From the NCBI GenBank assembly GCA_944349855.1, contig CALVNS010000006.1, positions 12,908 to 76,907 of the forward strand: a DNA stretch of 64,000 nucleotides. The letters are read 5' to 3'. The position numbers and the translations under genes were made by a program. How positions within the stretch are numbered: position 1 is the stretch's first letter; each line of letters starts with the position of its first letter. Below are positions 1 through 8,383 of the stretch, in pieces. Below the pieces are notes generated by a model, which ran no database searches, had not been told where the DNA came from, and saw only the letters and a list, made by a program, of their open reading frames with translations. Source of the stretch: an uncultured Eubacteriales bacterium. Its GTDB lineage: Bacteria > Bacillota > Clostridia > Christensenellales > Aristaeellaceae.

Positions 1-164
1 TTGGCCGCAAACAGGCCCGCCGCGCTCTGCGCGCCCATCGCGCCGCGCGAGGCGATATAGTCGCGCTCCTCCTGTGTGAAATAGCGCGCGAGAAATCCCT
101 CCCGTGCGATGGCACGCTCCATGCACGCGATCTCGCACAGGTCCACACCCAGGCCCAGGATCAT
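1..164 (-). CDS. acpS: holo-[acyl-carrier-protein] synthase (4'-phosphopantetheinyl transferase), N-terminal part only; gene runs off the window edge
   Basis: My own translation from the ATG at 162-164 gives MILGLGVDLCEIACMERAIAREGFLARYFTQEERDYIASRGAMGAQSAAGLFAAK, a typical AcpS N-terminus. The start overlaps the upstream stop (ATGA). Too short for the ORF track. Confidence 0.7.
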   Translation of the reverse strand, partial: MILGLGVDLCEIACMERAIAREGFLARYFTQEERDYIASRGAMGAQSAAGLFAA

Positions 165-1090
165 GCCTCGTCCCGCGCGGCGACCACCGCGTTGGCGATG
201 GCGCGCGCCATGGCCTCTGCCGCCGCAGCGCACAGCATCAGCAGCGGCAGGCGGCAGGCCGTCTGGCCCGTGGCCATCGCAAAGATCGTATCGCCGTCCA
301 TCATCGTATGCACGGGACGGATGGCGCGCGCATAGCCGTCGTGCGCCGACAGCGCCAGACGGTTTGCCTCCTCCTTGGACAGCTTGGCGTCCGTGGCGAT
401 CACGCCGATGGTCGTGTTTTCGCCGATGCGCCCCTCGAGCCGCGCGCCCGTCAGCGACGCCTGCGCGGGCGTCGCACGCCCGCCGAGGTGGCCGCAGGCC
501 AGAATCATGCCGCTCTGCGGATCGTACACGTCGCCACAGGCGTTGACGCAGACGATCGCGCCCACGTGCGTGCCGTCGGCCAGCGTGATGCTCGCCGTGC
601 CCGTGCCGCCGGGCGCAGGCGTCGCGCCGGGCACGAGCTTGCCCACCGTCGCGCCGCAGCCGGCGCCGTGCGCGCCCTGCAACACGACGTTGGACGCCAC
701 CTTGCACGCCGCATAGCCCATGTCTGCCGTCGGGCGCACGTCCGCCCGGCCGACGCCCAGGTCGAACAGCACCGCCGCCGGCACGATCGGCACGCGCGCG
801 ACGCCCACGTCCACGCCCTCGCCGAGCTCTTCGAAAAAGCGCATCGCGCCGTCCGCCGCCGCCAGGCCGAACGCGCTGCCGCCGCACAGCAGCACGGCGT
901 TGGGGCCCTTGACGAGGTTGCCGGGGCGCAGCAGATCCGTCTCCCGCGTGCCGGGCGCCGCGCCGCGCACATCCACGCCGCCGACCGTCTCGGGCGGGCA
1001 GAGCACGGCCGTCACGCCCGTGCGCGCCTCCCGAAGCTCCACCTGACCGACCGTGATGCCCAGAACATCCGTAATGCTGCCTTCATACAT
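161..1090 (-). CDS. P1/S58 family peptidase (DmpA / L-aminopeptidase-like)
   Basis: 309-aa ORF. Carries GITVGQ, LLCGGSAFGL and ENTTIGVIATDAKL motifs typical of S58 self-processing aminopeptidases. Overlaps birA (8 nt) and acpS (4 nt). Confidence 0.8.
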   Translation of the reverse strand: MYEGSITDVLGITVGQVELREARTGVTAVLCPPETVGGVDVRGAAPGTRETDLLRPGNLVKGPNAVLLCGGSAFGLAAADGAMRFFEELGEGVDVGVARVPIVPAAVLFDLGVGRADVRPTADMGYAACKVASNVVLQGAHGAGCGATVGKLVPGATPAPGGTGTASITLADGTHVGAIVCVNACGDVYDPQSGMILACGHLGGRATPAQASLTGARLEGRIGENTTIGVIATDAKLSKEEANRLALSAHDGYARAIRPVHTMMDGDTIFAMATGQTACRLPLLMLCAAAAEAMARAIANAVVAARDEA

Positions 1091-2039
1091 AGCCCATCAC
1101 TCCTCTTACCGATACGTCGCCCGCGAGCACTGTGCGCGGGCCATCCTGCGTCTGTACCACGAGCGCGCCGGACGCGTCGACGTCCTGCGCGATCCCTTCG
1201 AATGTCTCGTCCACACCCATCACGCGCACGCGCCGCCCGAGCGTCACCGAGCGCGCGCGATAGGCCGTCATCCAGTCTTCTCCGCGCGCAAAGGCGTCAT
1301 AGCGCGCCTCGAAGCGCGCCATGAACGCGCACACGACCGGCGCGCGCAGCACGCGCCGTCCGCAGGCCGCGTCCAGGCAGGTGGCCATGTCGCTCAGGTC
1401 CGGCGGGCTCGCATGCACATTGACGCCCACGCCCGCCGCGACGAAGTCGACCTGCGACTCGTCCGCGCCCATCTCCAGCAGGATGCCGCACGTCTTTTTC
1501 CCACCGACCACCACGTCGTTGGGCCACTTGATCTGCGCCTGCGCGCCGCACACGTCCTCGATCGCCTCCGCGACGGCCAGCGCCGTGAGCAGCGTCAGCT
1601 GCGCAACCTGCGACGGGTGCGCCTTCGGGCGCAGCAGCAGCGTCATGAAGACGCCCTCGTCCGGCGGCGAAGTCCACATGCGTCCGCGCCGGCCGCGTCC
1701 GGCGGTCTGCTCGTCCGCCACGACCAGCGTGCCGTGCTGCGCGCCCTGCGCGGCCAGGCGGCGCGCCCACAGGTTGGTCGAATCCACCCGCCTGTCAAAC
1801 AGCGTCGGGCGCCCGGCCCAGGCCGTCCGCAGGCCACGCTCGATCAGCGGCGCGTCCAGCGCATCAGGGCAGGCCGCAAGGCGATAGCCGCGCCGGCCCA
1901 CCGCCTGCACGTCGTAGCCCGCTGCGCGCAGCTGTTCCACGCGCTTCCAGACCGCCGCGCGGGTGATGCCCAGCCGTTCGCTGATCTGCGCGCCGGAGAC
2001 CACTTCGCCTCCCAACAGCAGGCGAAGCACCTCGTCCAT
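1083..2039 (-). CDS. birA: biotin--[acetyl-CoA-carboxylase] ligase / biotin operon repressor
   Basis: N-terminal HTH (VSGAQISERLGITRAAVWKRVEQLRAAGY), ligase motif GRGRRGRMW, KWPNDV. Start trimmed to internal MDEVLRLL (ATG 2039), which has a GAAGG RBS. Confidence 0.9.
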   Translation of the reverse strand: MDEVLRLLLGGEVVSGAQISERLGITRAAVWKRVEQLRAAGYDVQAVGRRGYRLAACPDALDAPLIERGLRTAWAGRPTLFDRRVDSTNLWARRLAAQGAQHGTLVVADEQTAGRGRRGRMWTSPPDEGVFMTLLLRPKAHPSQVAQLTLLTALAVAEAIEDVCGAQAQIKWPNDVVVGGKKTCGILLEMGADESQVDFVAAGVGVNVHASPPDLSDMATCLDAACGRRVLRAPVVCAFMARFEARYDAFARGEDWMTAYRARSVTLGRRVRVMGVDETFEGIAQDVDASGALVVQTQDGPRTVLAGDVSVRGVMGYV

Positions 2040-2278
2040 GTTCGCACCTTCTTTCGTCCAGCCGTATGCTTTATTATACCACAGACGCGGCCCGACCTCA
2101 AACGCCGCTGCAAAAAAGCGTCTTTTCTGCCCTGAAAGCGTCCGCGCAGGTGCAGGATTTTCCTTTTCCATGCCGTCATATGTTGGGGTGCTTGCCAAAG
2201 CCCCTCATTTTTCGTATAATTTAGGATTGAATTCCGATACTCCATATGGAGTCTTCACGGCAAAGGAGAATGTGCGAA

Positions 2279-3226
2279 ATGCCCCAGCCCAACCGGATCA
2301 TCCAGGCGCTCAAGCAGAACATCGCCACCGTCATCGTCGGCAAGGAGGAGGTCGTGCACCTGGCGCTCATCGCGCTGGTGTGCGGAGGACATGTGCTCAT
2401 CGAGGACGTACCGGGCGTTGGCAAGACCACGCTGTGCAGCGCGCTGGCCCGCTCGTTGGCCTGTTCGTTCCGGCGCATCCAATTCACGCCGGATGTCATC
2501 CCCTCCGACATCACGGGCTTTTCCGTCGCGAACATGAAGACGGGCGAGATGGAATACCGCCCCGGTGCGGTGATGAGCCAGATCGTCCTGGCGGACGAGA
2601 TCAACCGCACCTCGCCCAAGACACAAAGCGCGCTGTTGGAGGTCATGGAAGAGCACCAGGTCACCGTCGACGGCACGACCTACCGCCTGCCCCAGCCCTT
2701 CATGGTACTGGCCACGCAAAATCCCGTCGACTTCGTCGGCACCTATCCGCTGCCCGAAGCGCAGATGGACCGCTTCTTCATGCGCATCTCCATCGGCTAT
2801 CCCTCCATCGAGGACGAGATGGAGATTCTGGAGCGCTACAGCCAGCCGACGACGCCGCTGTCCGCCCTGCAGCCCGTGTGCTATGCGGAGGACATCGTGG
2901 CCATGCAGGAACAGGTCAAGACCGTCTACTGTTCGCGCGAGGTCCGCTCCTATGTGGCGAACCTGTGCGCCGCCACGCGTAAGCACCCGGCCCTGCAGCT
3001 GGGCGTGTCCACGCGTGCGGCCATCGCGCTCATCCATGCGGCGCAGGCGACGGCGCTGCTGGACGGACGCGACTTCATCCTGCCCGACGACGTGCAGCAG
3101 ATGGCCCATCCGGTGCTCTGCCACCGCATGATCCTCTCTCCCGAGGCGCGCATGCGCGACCAGACGGCCGAGCAGGTGCTGTCGGACGTGCTCGCGCGGG
3201 TCAAGCTGCCGGTGAAACTTCCGTGA
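2279..3226 (+). CDS. MoxR-family AAA+ ATPase
   Basis: Walker A GVGKTT, FRRIQFTPDVIPSDITG, Walker B VLADEINR. Start chosen at ATG 2279, 10 nt after GGAG; the ORF itself opens at 2246. Confidence 0.9.
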   Translation: MPQPNRIIQALKQNIATVIVGKEEVVHLALIALVCGGHVLIEDVPGVGKTTLCSALARSLACSFRRIQFTPDVIPSDITGFSVANMKTGEMEYRPGAVMSQIVLADEINRTSPKTQSALLEVMEEHQVTVDGTTYRLPQPFMVLATQNPVDFVGTYPLPEAQMDRFFMRISIGYPSIEDEMEILERYSQPTTPLSALQPVCYAEDIVAMQEQVKTVYCSREVRSYVANLCAATRKHPALQLGVSTRAAIALIHAAQATALLDGRDFILPDDVQQMAHPVLCHRMILSPEARMRDQTAEQVLSDVLARVKLPVKLP

Positions 3227-4395
3227 CGGCGCGCTTTGCCGCGCTGCTCGTCGCCGCCCTGTCGCTGCTGGCGGCGGCCCTGTCCACCGGCGGCGCGCTG
3301 TACTTTCTCTTCTTCCTGTTGCTCGCGTCGGCCGCGCTATTCTCGCTTGTCAGCGTCGCGTGCGCATTTGCGCTCTCCCGCTTTTCATGCGAGCTGGAGC
3401 GCGTGCGCGTCGTGCGCGGCGAGGAGGCCGTGCTGCTGTGCGCGCTGCAGCTGCGCGTGCCCCTGCCCATCGCGCCGCTGCGCCTGCGCGTGACGCCACC
3501 CGGCGCGGATGGAGAATACGAGGCCGACGTCGCCGCCCGTGCCTTTGGACGCAGCGTGGCGCGCCACCGCTTTGCGTGTCCGCATGTGGGCATATTCTCC
3601 TGCGGCGTACGGCGCGTCGTGTTCCGTGACGCGCTGGGCCTCTTCTCCCTATCCAAGGGAACCGGGCAGGGACTGCTCCCGCTGACCGTGCTGCCCGCCG
3701 TGTTGCAGGAGCCGCCGCTGCGCTTCAGCCCGGACGACTCGGGCGACGAGAAGATGGCGCGCGCGCGCGATGACGCCACCTCGCCTGCGGACGTGCGCGC
3801 CTATCAGGAGGGCGACGAGCTGCGCCGCGTTCACTGGAAACTGAGCTTGCGGCGTGGCACGCTGATGGTTCGCACCTTTGAGGAGCCCGAGCGGCCCGAC
3901 GCGCTGATCCTGATGGACTGCTCTCCGCCCGCCGCCTCCGGCGAGACGGCGCTGTACATGCGCGACGCGCTGTGCGAGAGCGCGGCGTCTCTCGCCTCGG
4001 TGCAGCTCTCGGCCTCCCATATCGTCCGCATTCCGCTTCCCTGCGCCAGACCGCGCGAGCTGACGGGCGATCATGCGGCGCATCTGCCGCTGATCCTGGA
4101 GGGACTCGCCGGCGCATCGTTTGACGGCACGGAGCGCTTTGAGCGCGTGCTGATGCTCGAGACGCGCCGCATGCGCCGCACGGGCTCGACCGCGATCCTG
4201 ACCACGCACCTGTCCAGCCGCATCGCCGACATGATCGTGACGATCCGGCGCATGGGGCCGCAGGTTCGCCTGATCTACGTGCACGTCAACGAGCTGACCC
4301 CGGAGGCCTCGCTGCTGCTCACGCGCATCGAGTGCGCGGACATCGAGGTCGAGACCGTCATGCTCATCGACGAAAGCGAGGCGGTGCACGCATGA
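3223..4395 (+). CDS. DUF58 domain-containing protein (MoxR partner)
   Basis: N-terminal TM helices and the motif VRAYQEGDELRRVHWKLSLRRGTLMVRTFEE typical of DUF58. The GTG start overlaps the moxR stop (GTGA). Confidence 0.85.
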   Translation: MTARFAALLVAALSLLAAALSTGGALYFLFFLLLASAALFSLVSVACAFALSRFSCELERVRVVRGEEAVLLCALQLRVPLPIAPLRLRVTPPGADGEYEADVAARAFGRSVARHRFACPHVGIFSCGVRRVVFRDALGLFSLSKGTGQGLLPLTVLPAVLQEPPLRFSPDDSGDEKMARARDDATSPADVRAYQEGDELRRVHWKLSLRRGTLMVRTFEEPERPDALILMDCSPPAASGETALYMRDALCESAASLASVQLSASHIVRIPLPCARPRELTGDHAAHLPLILEGLAGASFDGTERFERVLMLETRRMRRTGSTAILTTHLSSRIADMIVTIRRMGPQVRLIYVHVNELTPEASLLLTRIECADIEVETVMLIDESEAVHA

Positions 4396-6851
4396 GCCGA
4401 AATCGTCCTTCCGCCCTGCGCGCAATGCGCGCCCGCCTGCCGCACGCGCTGGAGAGCGCGCTCACGGCCTTTCTCTATGCCGCCGGCCTGCTGCTGCCGC
4501 TGTGCAGCGCGCTGGCGCTGCCCGTCGGCGCGGCCGACATTCTGCTGGCGTGTGCGGGCTTCTCGCTGCTGTTTGCGCTGGTCTCCCTGTCGCCGCTGAC
4601 GGCCGTGCTCGGCGCGTTGGGCGCGCTTGTGGCGCTCATGCCCTACGCGCTTGGCCTGCCCGGGCAGCTTCCCGGTCTGGCAGAGGCGCTGGCGCTGGCT
4701 GCGCAGGGCGCGCCGCTGGCGCTGCGCCTGTATGCCGGAGTGCTCTATCCCCTGCTTGCGCTGTTGTTTGCGCTGCTGGCCTTTGTGCTTGCGCGCGCAA
4801 ACGGAGGCTTCTATCCCGCATTTGCGCTGGCGGCGTTTGTGCTGCTGGCGACCTGGTTTTATGGAACGCGGGGAAACGTGCTGCTGTGCCTGCCCGCGCT
4901 GGCAGCGCTCGTGCTGCTCTATGCACGCTCCGGCGAGCACGGTGCGACCATCCTGCGGGCGCTGCCCACCGCTCTGGCCGCTGCGCTGCTGGCCGCCCTG
5001 CTGATGCCCGCCGCCGCGCCTGTCTCTCAGGCGATGACCAACTTTGCTGAGCGCGTGCGCAGCGTCGTGTACGACTACTTCTTCTTCACGGAACCCCGCA
5101 CCGTCTTTTCCCTGCTGCTCAGCGGCTATCAACCCCTGGGCGCAGACCGGCTGGGCGGTCCCGCCAACCCGACAGATGACCTTGTGCTGCGCGTACAGGC
5201 CGACGAGACGGCCTACCTGCGCGGCGTCATCAAGGACGAGTATACCGGCGCCGCCTGGCGCGACACGGTCGCCGGCCGCCGCTATCTGTTCATTGATCCG
5301 CGCTTTCACGCGCTGCGCGACGCGCTGTTCGACGCCGACCTGCCCGCCCAGGACCTGCGCGCGGGCAATGCGGCCTTCGACGAGCGCACCATCACCGTAG
5401 CGATGCTCGCGGACGGCACCTCGACGCTCTTTGTCCCTCAGCGCCTGACGAGCATCTCCTCTGCAGAGGGCTTCGTGCCCTACTTCGGCTCCAGCTCGGA
5501 AGTCTTCATCACCCGCGACACGCAGGCCGGCGACGCATATACCGTTACCGCTCCCCTGCCTTCCGCGGACGATCCCGGCATCGGGCAGCTCCTCTTGCAG
5601 GCGCACAGCCGCGCGCAGTCCCGGGATGGCTCTGCAGGCGCATCGGATTGGACCGCCATCTGTGAGACGTACGCCGTCTATCCGGAGAGTGTCGAGGATG
5701 AGGTCGTGCGCATCGTGTCCTACCTGGTGCAGGACGCTGCCACGCCCTATGAGCGCGCGCTGCGCATTGCGAATTTTCTGGGCGAAAACTATCCCTATAC
5801 GCTCGATCAGTCGGTCCCGCCGACGGGCCGGGACTTCGTCTCCTGGTTCCTGCTCGAAGAGCGGCAGGGATACTGCACGTCGTTTGCGTCGGCAATGGCG
5901 GTCATGTGCCGCATCGCAGGCCTGCCGGCGCGCTATGTGGAGGGCTATGTCGCGCGCCCGGGCGATGGTGGCGTCGCGCACGTCTCCCAGCAGGACGCGC
6001 ACGCCTGGGTCGAGGTCTGCTTCGAGGGCTTTGGCTGGCTGACGTTTGACCCAACGCCTGCGCAGGGCTCCGACACGCCGGACACCCCGGACGCAGGCGG
6101 TTCCGACGATCCGCAGGCTTCGCCGGCCCCCGATGCGCCCACGCCCACGCCAAATCCCAACGGCGATTCACAGGGCGAAGATGCGCAGGGCGAAGATGAG
6201 GGGGCGCCCGGGCAGGGCGGCGCATCGCCCACGCCGGACGCTTCCGTCCCCACGCCTACACCCACGCCCGATCCGCAGGAGTCCCCGGAGCCGGAGGACT
6301 CCCCCGCGCCGGACGATCCGATCGCGAGCCCGACGCCAGAGCCCACGCCCGAGCCGAGCCTGCCCCCGGATGCGACGCCCTCGCCCGAGCCGTCTCCCCC
6401 GCCCCCGGACGATCCGCCCGACGAGCGCACGCCGCGCTGGCCTTGGCTGCTTGCGCTGCTGGTGCTCGCCGCCGCCTTCGCGCTGCGCGTGCTGTGGACG
6501 GACCCTGCCCGCGCCGCCGCGCGGCAGCGCAGCGACGAGGCACGCCTGCTGTGCTGGTACCGCGGCGCGGAATCGGCGCTGTACGCCGCGGGCCTTGCGC
6601 GCCTTCCAGGCGAATCGCCGCTCGCCTTTGCCCGGCGCGCCGAGGCCGCGCTGGGCCGGGGCGTGCGCCTGACGCCCTTCGTGCGCGCGCTGTGCCTGGT
6701 ACAGTATGGCGGCCGCGCCGCATCGCCGGACTGGCTCCAACGCGCCGAGCGCTGCTACCATGCGCTTCAAATGCGCCTGACGCTGCGCCAGCGGGCGCGC
6801 ATGATCGTCCGCCGCGCACTGCGCGGCCTGGGCAGTCTGAAATCCCTCTGA
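4392..6851 (+). CDS. membrane transglutaminase-like protein with Pro/Thr-rich linker and C-terminal DUF4129-like region
   Basis: Multi-TM N-terminus. Transglutaminase core GYCTSFASAMAVMCRIAGLPARYVEGY ... DAHAWVEV ... FDPTP. ATG 4392 overlaps the DUF58 stop (ATGA). Confidence 0.85.
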   Translation: MSRNRPSALRAMRARLPHALESALTAFLYAAGLLLPLCSALALPVGAADILLACAGFSLLFALVSLSPLTAVLGALGALVALMPYALGLPGQLPGLAEALALAAQGAPLALRLYAGVLYPLLALLFALLAFVLARANGGFYPAFALAAFVLLATWFYGTRGNVLLCLPALAALVLLYARSGEHGATILRALPTALAAALLAALLMPAAAPVSQAMTNFAERVRSVVYDYFFFTEPRTVFSLLLSGYQPLGADRLGGPANPTDDLVLRVQADETAYLRGVIKDEYTGAAWRDTVAGRRYLFIDPRFHALRDALFDADLPAQDLRAGNAAFDERTITVAMLADGTSTLFVPQRLTSISSAEGFVPYFGSSSEVFITRDTQAGDAYTVTAPLPSADDPGIGQLLLQAHSRAQSRDGSAGASDWTAICETYAVYPESVEDEVVRIVSYLVQDAATPYERALRIANFLGENYPYTLDQSVPPTGRDFVSWFLLEERQGYCTSFASAMAVMCRIAGLPARYVEGYVARPGDGGVAHVSQQDAHAWVEVCFEGFGWLTFDPTPAQGSDTPDTPDAGGSDDPQASPAPDAPTPTPNPNGDSQGEDAQGEDEGAPGQGGASPTPDASVPTPTPTPDPQESPEPEDSPAPDDPIASPTPEPTPEPSLPPDATPSPEPSPPPPDDPPDERTPRWPWLLALLVLAAAFALRVLWTDPARAAARQRSDEARLLCWYRGAESALYAAGLARLPGESPLAFARRAEAALGRGVRLTPFVRALCLVQYGGRAASPDWLQRAERCYHALQMRLTLRQRARMIVRRALRGLGSLKSL
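6171..6200 (+). repeat. 15-nt tandem duplication (CAGGGCGAAGATGCG / CAGGGCGAAGATGAG) inside the low-complexity linker
   Basis: Read directly from the sequence. Encodes QGEDAQGEDE. Confidence 0.9.
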
Positions 6852-6909
6852 CGCGCGCGGGCGCGCCCCCATTGTCTGGAGGCGCGCCCGTTTTTTCTGT
6901 ATTTGCCGT

Positions 6910-8283
6910 CTAGTCCCTGCGCGTCATGTTGTTGGCCCAACGTCCCCGGTGCAATACGGCCAGCGCCCAGAAGATCTTGGCGTTCATCAGCACCTGCACG
7001 ACCACGAACGCAATGCGCACATCCGGCCTGCCCACCGCGGGCAGCACAAAGGCGCACAGCAGCGACGCCGGCACGACCACGACCCACATATACCCCGAAT
7101 CCAGCATGACCGCCGAGCGCGTGTCGCCGCCAGCGCGCAGGACGGAAAACGTCGTCACATAGAGCGCGTTGGCGATCACCAGCGCCGCCTGCACGAGGAT
7201 CATCTGCGTGGCCATCTCGCGCAGGTCGGCGTTCAGCGTGCCATAGGCCGCAGGCACGATAAAAGCCAGCGCGCCGCCCAGCACCAGACAGGCCGCGCCC
7301 AGCATCGACGCCAGGCGCAGCAGGCGGCGGGCCTGTTCCTTGGCCCGTGCGATATCCCCGGCCCCCAGCGTCTGCCCGATGATCGCCGACGCCGCCGAGG
7401 ACATGCCGGCTGTCAGCACGTAGATCAGCGTCGTCGTCTGATCCAGCAGCGAGATCGCAGGCAGCGCGTATTCCTGCACGTGCGCATACGTCCAGAAGAA
7501 GATCATCTGTCCGCCCGTCCAGAGCACTTCGTTCGCCGTCAGCGGCACGCCCTTGCGCACGAACGTGGCCAGTACGCGCCGCGGCAGGTGGCGGAAGCTG
7601 CCGACGTCCCGCGTGAAGGGCGTCTTCTGGCGCTCCAGGACGTACAGGTAAAAGCCCATCTCCACCAGCCGGGCGATCAGCGTGGCCAGCGCCGCGCCGC
7701 GCTCCTCCAGGCGCGGGAAGCCGAGCAGGCCGAAGATCAGCAGGCTGTTGAGCGCGATGTTCACCAGCATCGTCACAAAGCCCGCGATCATGGGCATGCG
7801 GTTGCGGCCCAGCGCGCGCAGCGCGTGCATGCACGCCAGCGACACGCCCGTGGGGATATAGCTCCACTTGATGACGGACAGGTAGTCCAGCCCGGCGCGC
7901 ATCGTCTGCGGATCGGTGACGAACGCGCCCATGATCTGGCGCGGGAAGAAGTGCAGCGCCAGGAAGAAGATCACGCCAATCGCCAGCCCGCCCATCACCT
8001 GCAGGCCGAACAGCTGCTGCATCGTGCGCCGCTCGCGCGCGCCGTAGTACTGCGCGATGAGGATGCCCCCCGCGCCCGTGAAGCCGAAGAGCAGGCACAG
8101 AAAGACCGTGTAGGGCTTGTTGGCCACCGACACGCCGGCCAAGGACGAGGCGCCCAGCAGGCCGACCATGAAGTTATCCGCGAAATTAAAGAGCGCGGAG
8201 ATCAGCTGCTGGGCGATGACCGGCAGCATGATCGCCGTCGCATATAGGTAAAAGTCCCGGTTCTTCCGTACATCCGCGAGCAT
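6910..8283 (-). CDS. MATE family efflux transporter
   Basis: 457 aa, 12-TM pattern. N-terminus LPVIAQQLISALFNFADNFMVGLLG is typical of MATE/NorM. Confidence 0.9.
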   Translation of the reverse strand: MLADVRKNRDFYLYATAIMLPVIAQQLISALFNFADNFMVGLLGASSLAGVSVANKPYTVFLCLLFGFTGAGGILIAQYYGARERRTMQQLFGLQVMGGLAIGVIFFLALHFFPRQIMGAFVTDPQTMRAGLDYLSVIKWSYIPTGVSLACMHALRALGRNRMPMIAGFVTMLVNIALNSLLIFGLLGFPRLEERGAALATLIARLVEMGFYLYVLERQKTPFTRDVGSFRHLPRRVLATFVRKGVPLTANEVLWTGGQMIFFWTYAHVQEYALPAISLLDQTTTLIYVLTAGMSSAASAIIGQTLGAGDIARAKEQARRLLRLASMLGAACLVLGGALAFIVPAAYGTLNADLREMATQMILVQAALVIANALYVTTFSVLRAGGDTRSAVMLDSGYMWVVVVPASLLCAFVLPAVGRPDVRIAFVVVQVLMNAKIFWALAVLHRGRWANNMTRRD

Positions 8284-8341
8284 ACAAGCCCTCCCGTGCG
8301 CGCTGTCATTTCATACAGTATAGCATAGATCGCGCAAGCTG

Positions 8342-8378
8342 CAAAGGGCAAACGGCCCGCCGGAAATCCGGCGGGCCG
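8342..8378 (-). terminator. rho-independent terminator after the GH127-like gene
   Basis: 11-bp stem CGGCCCGCCGG / CCGGCGGGCCG (8353-8363 / 8368-8378), 4-nt loop, then TTTGCCCTTTG on the minus strand. Confidence 0.7.
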
Positions 8379-8383
8379 CTTCA

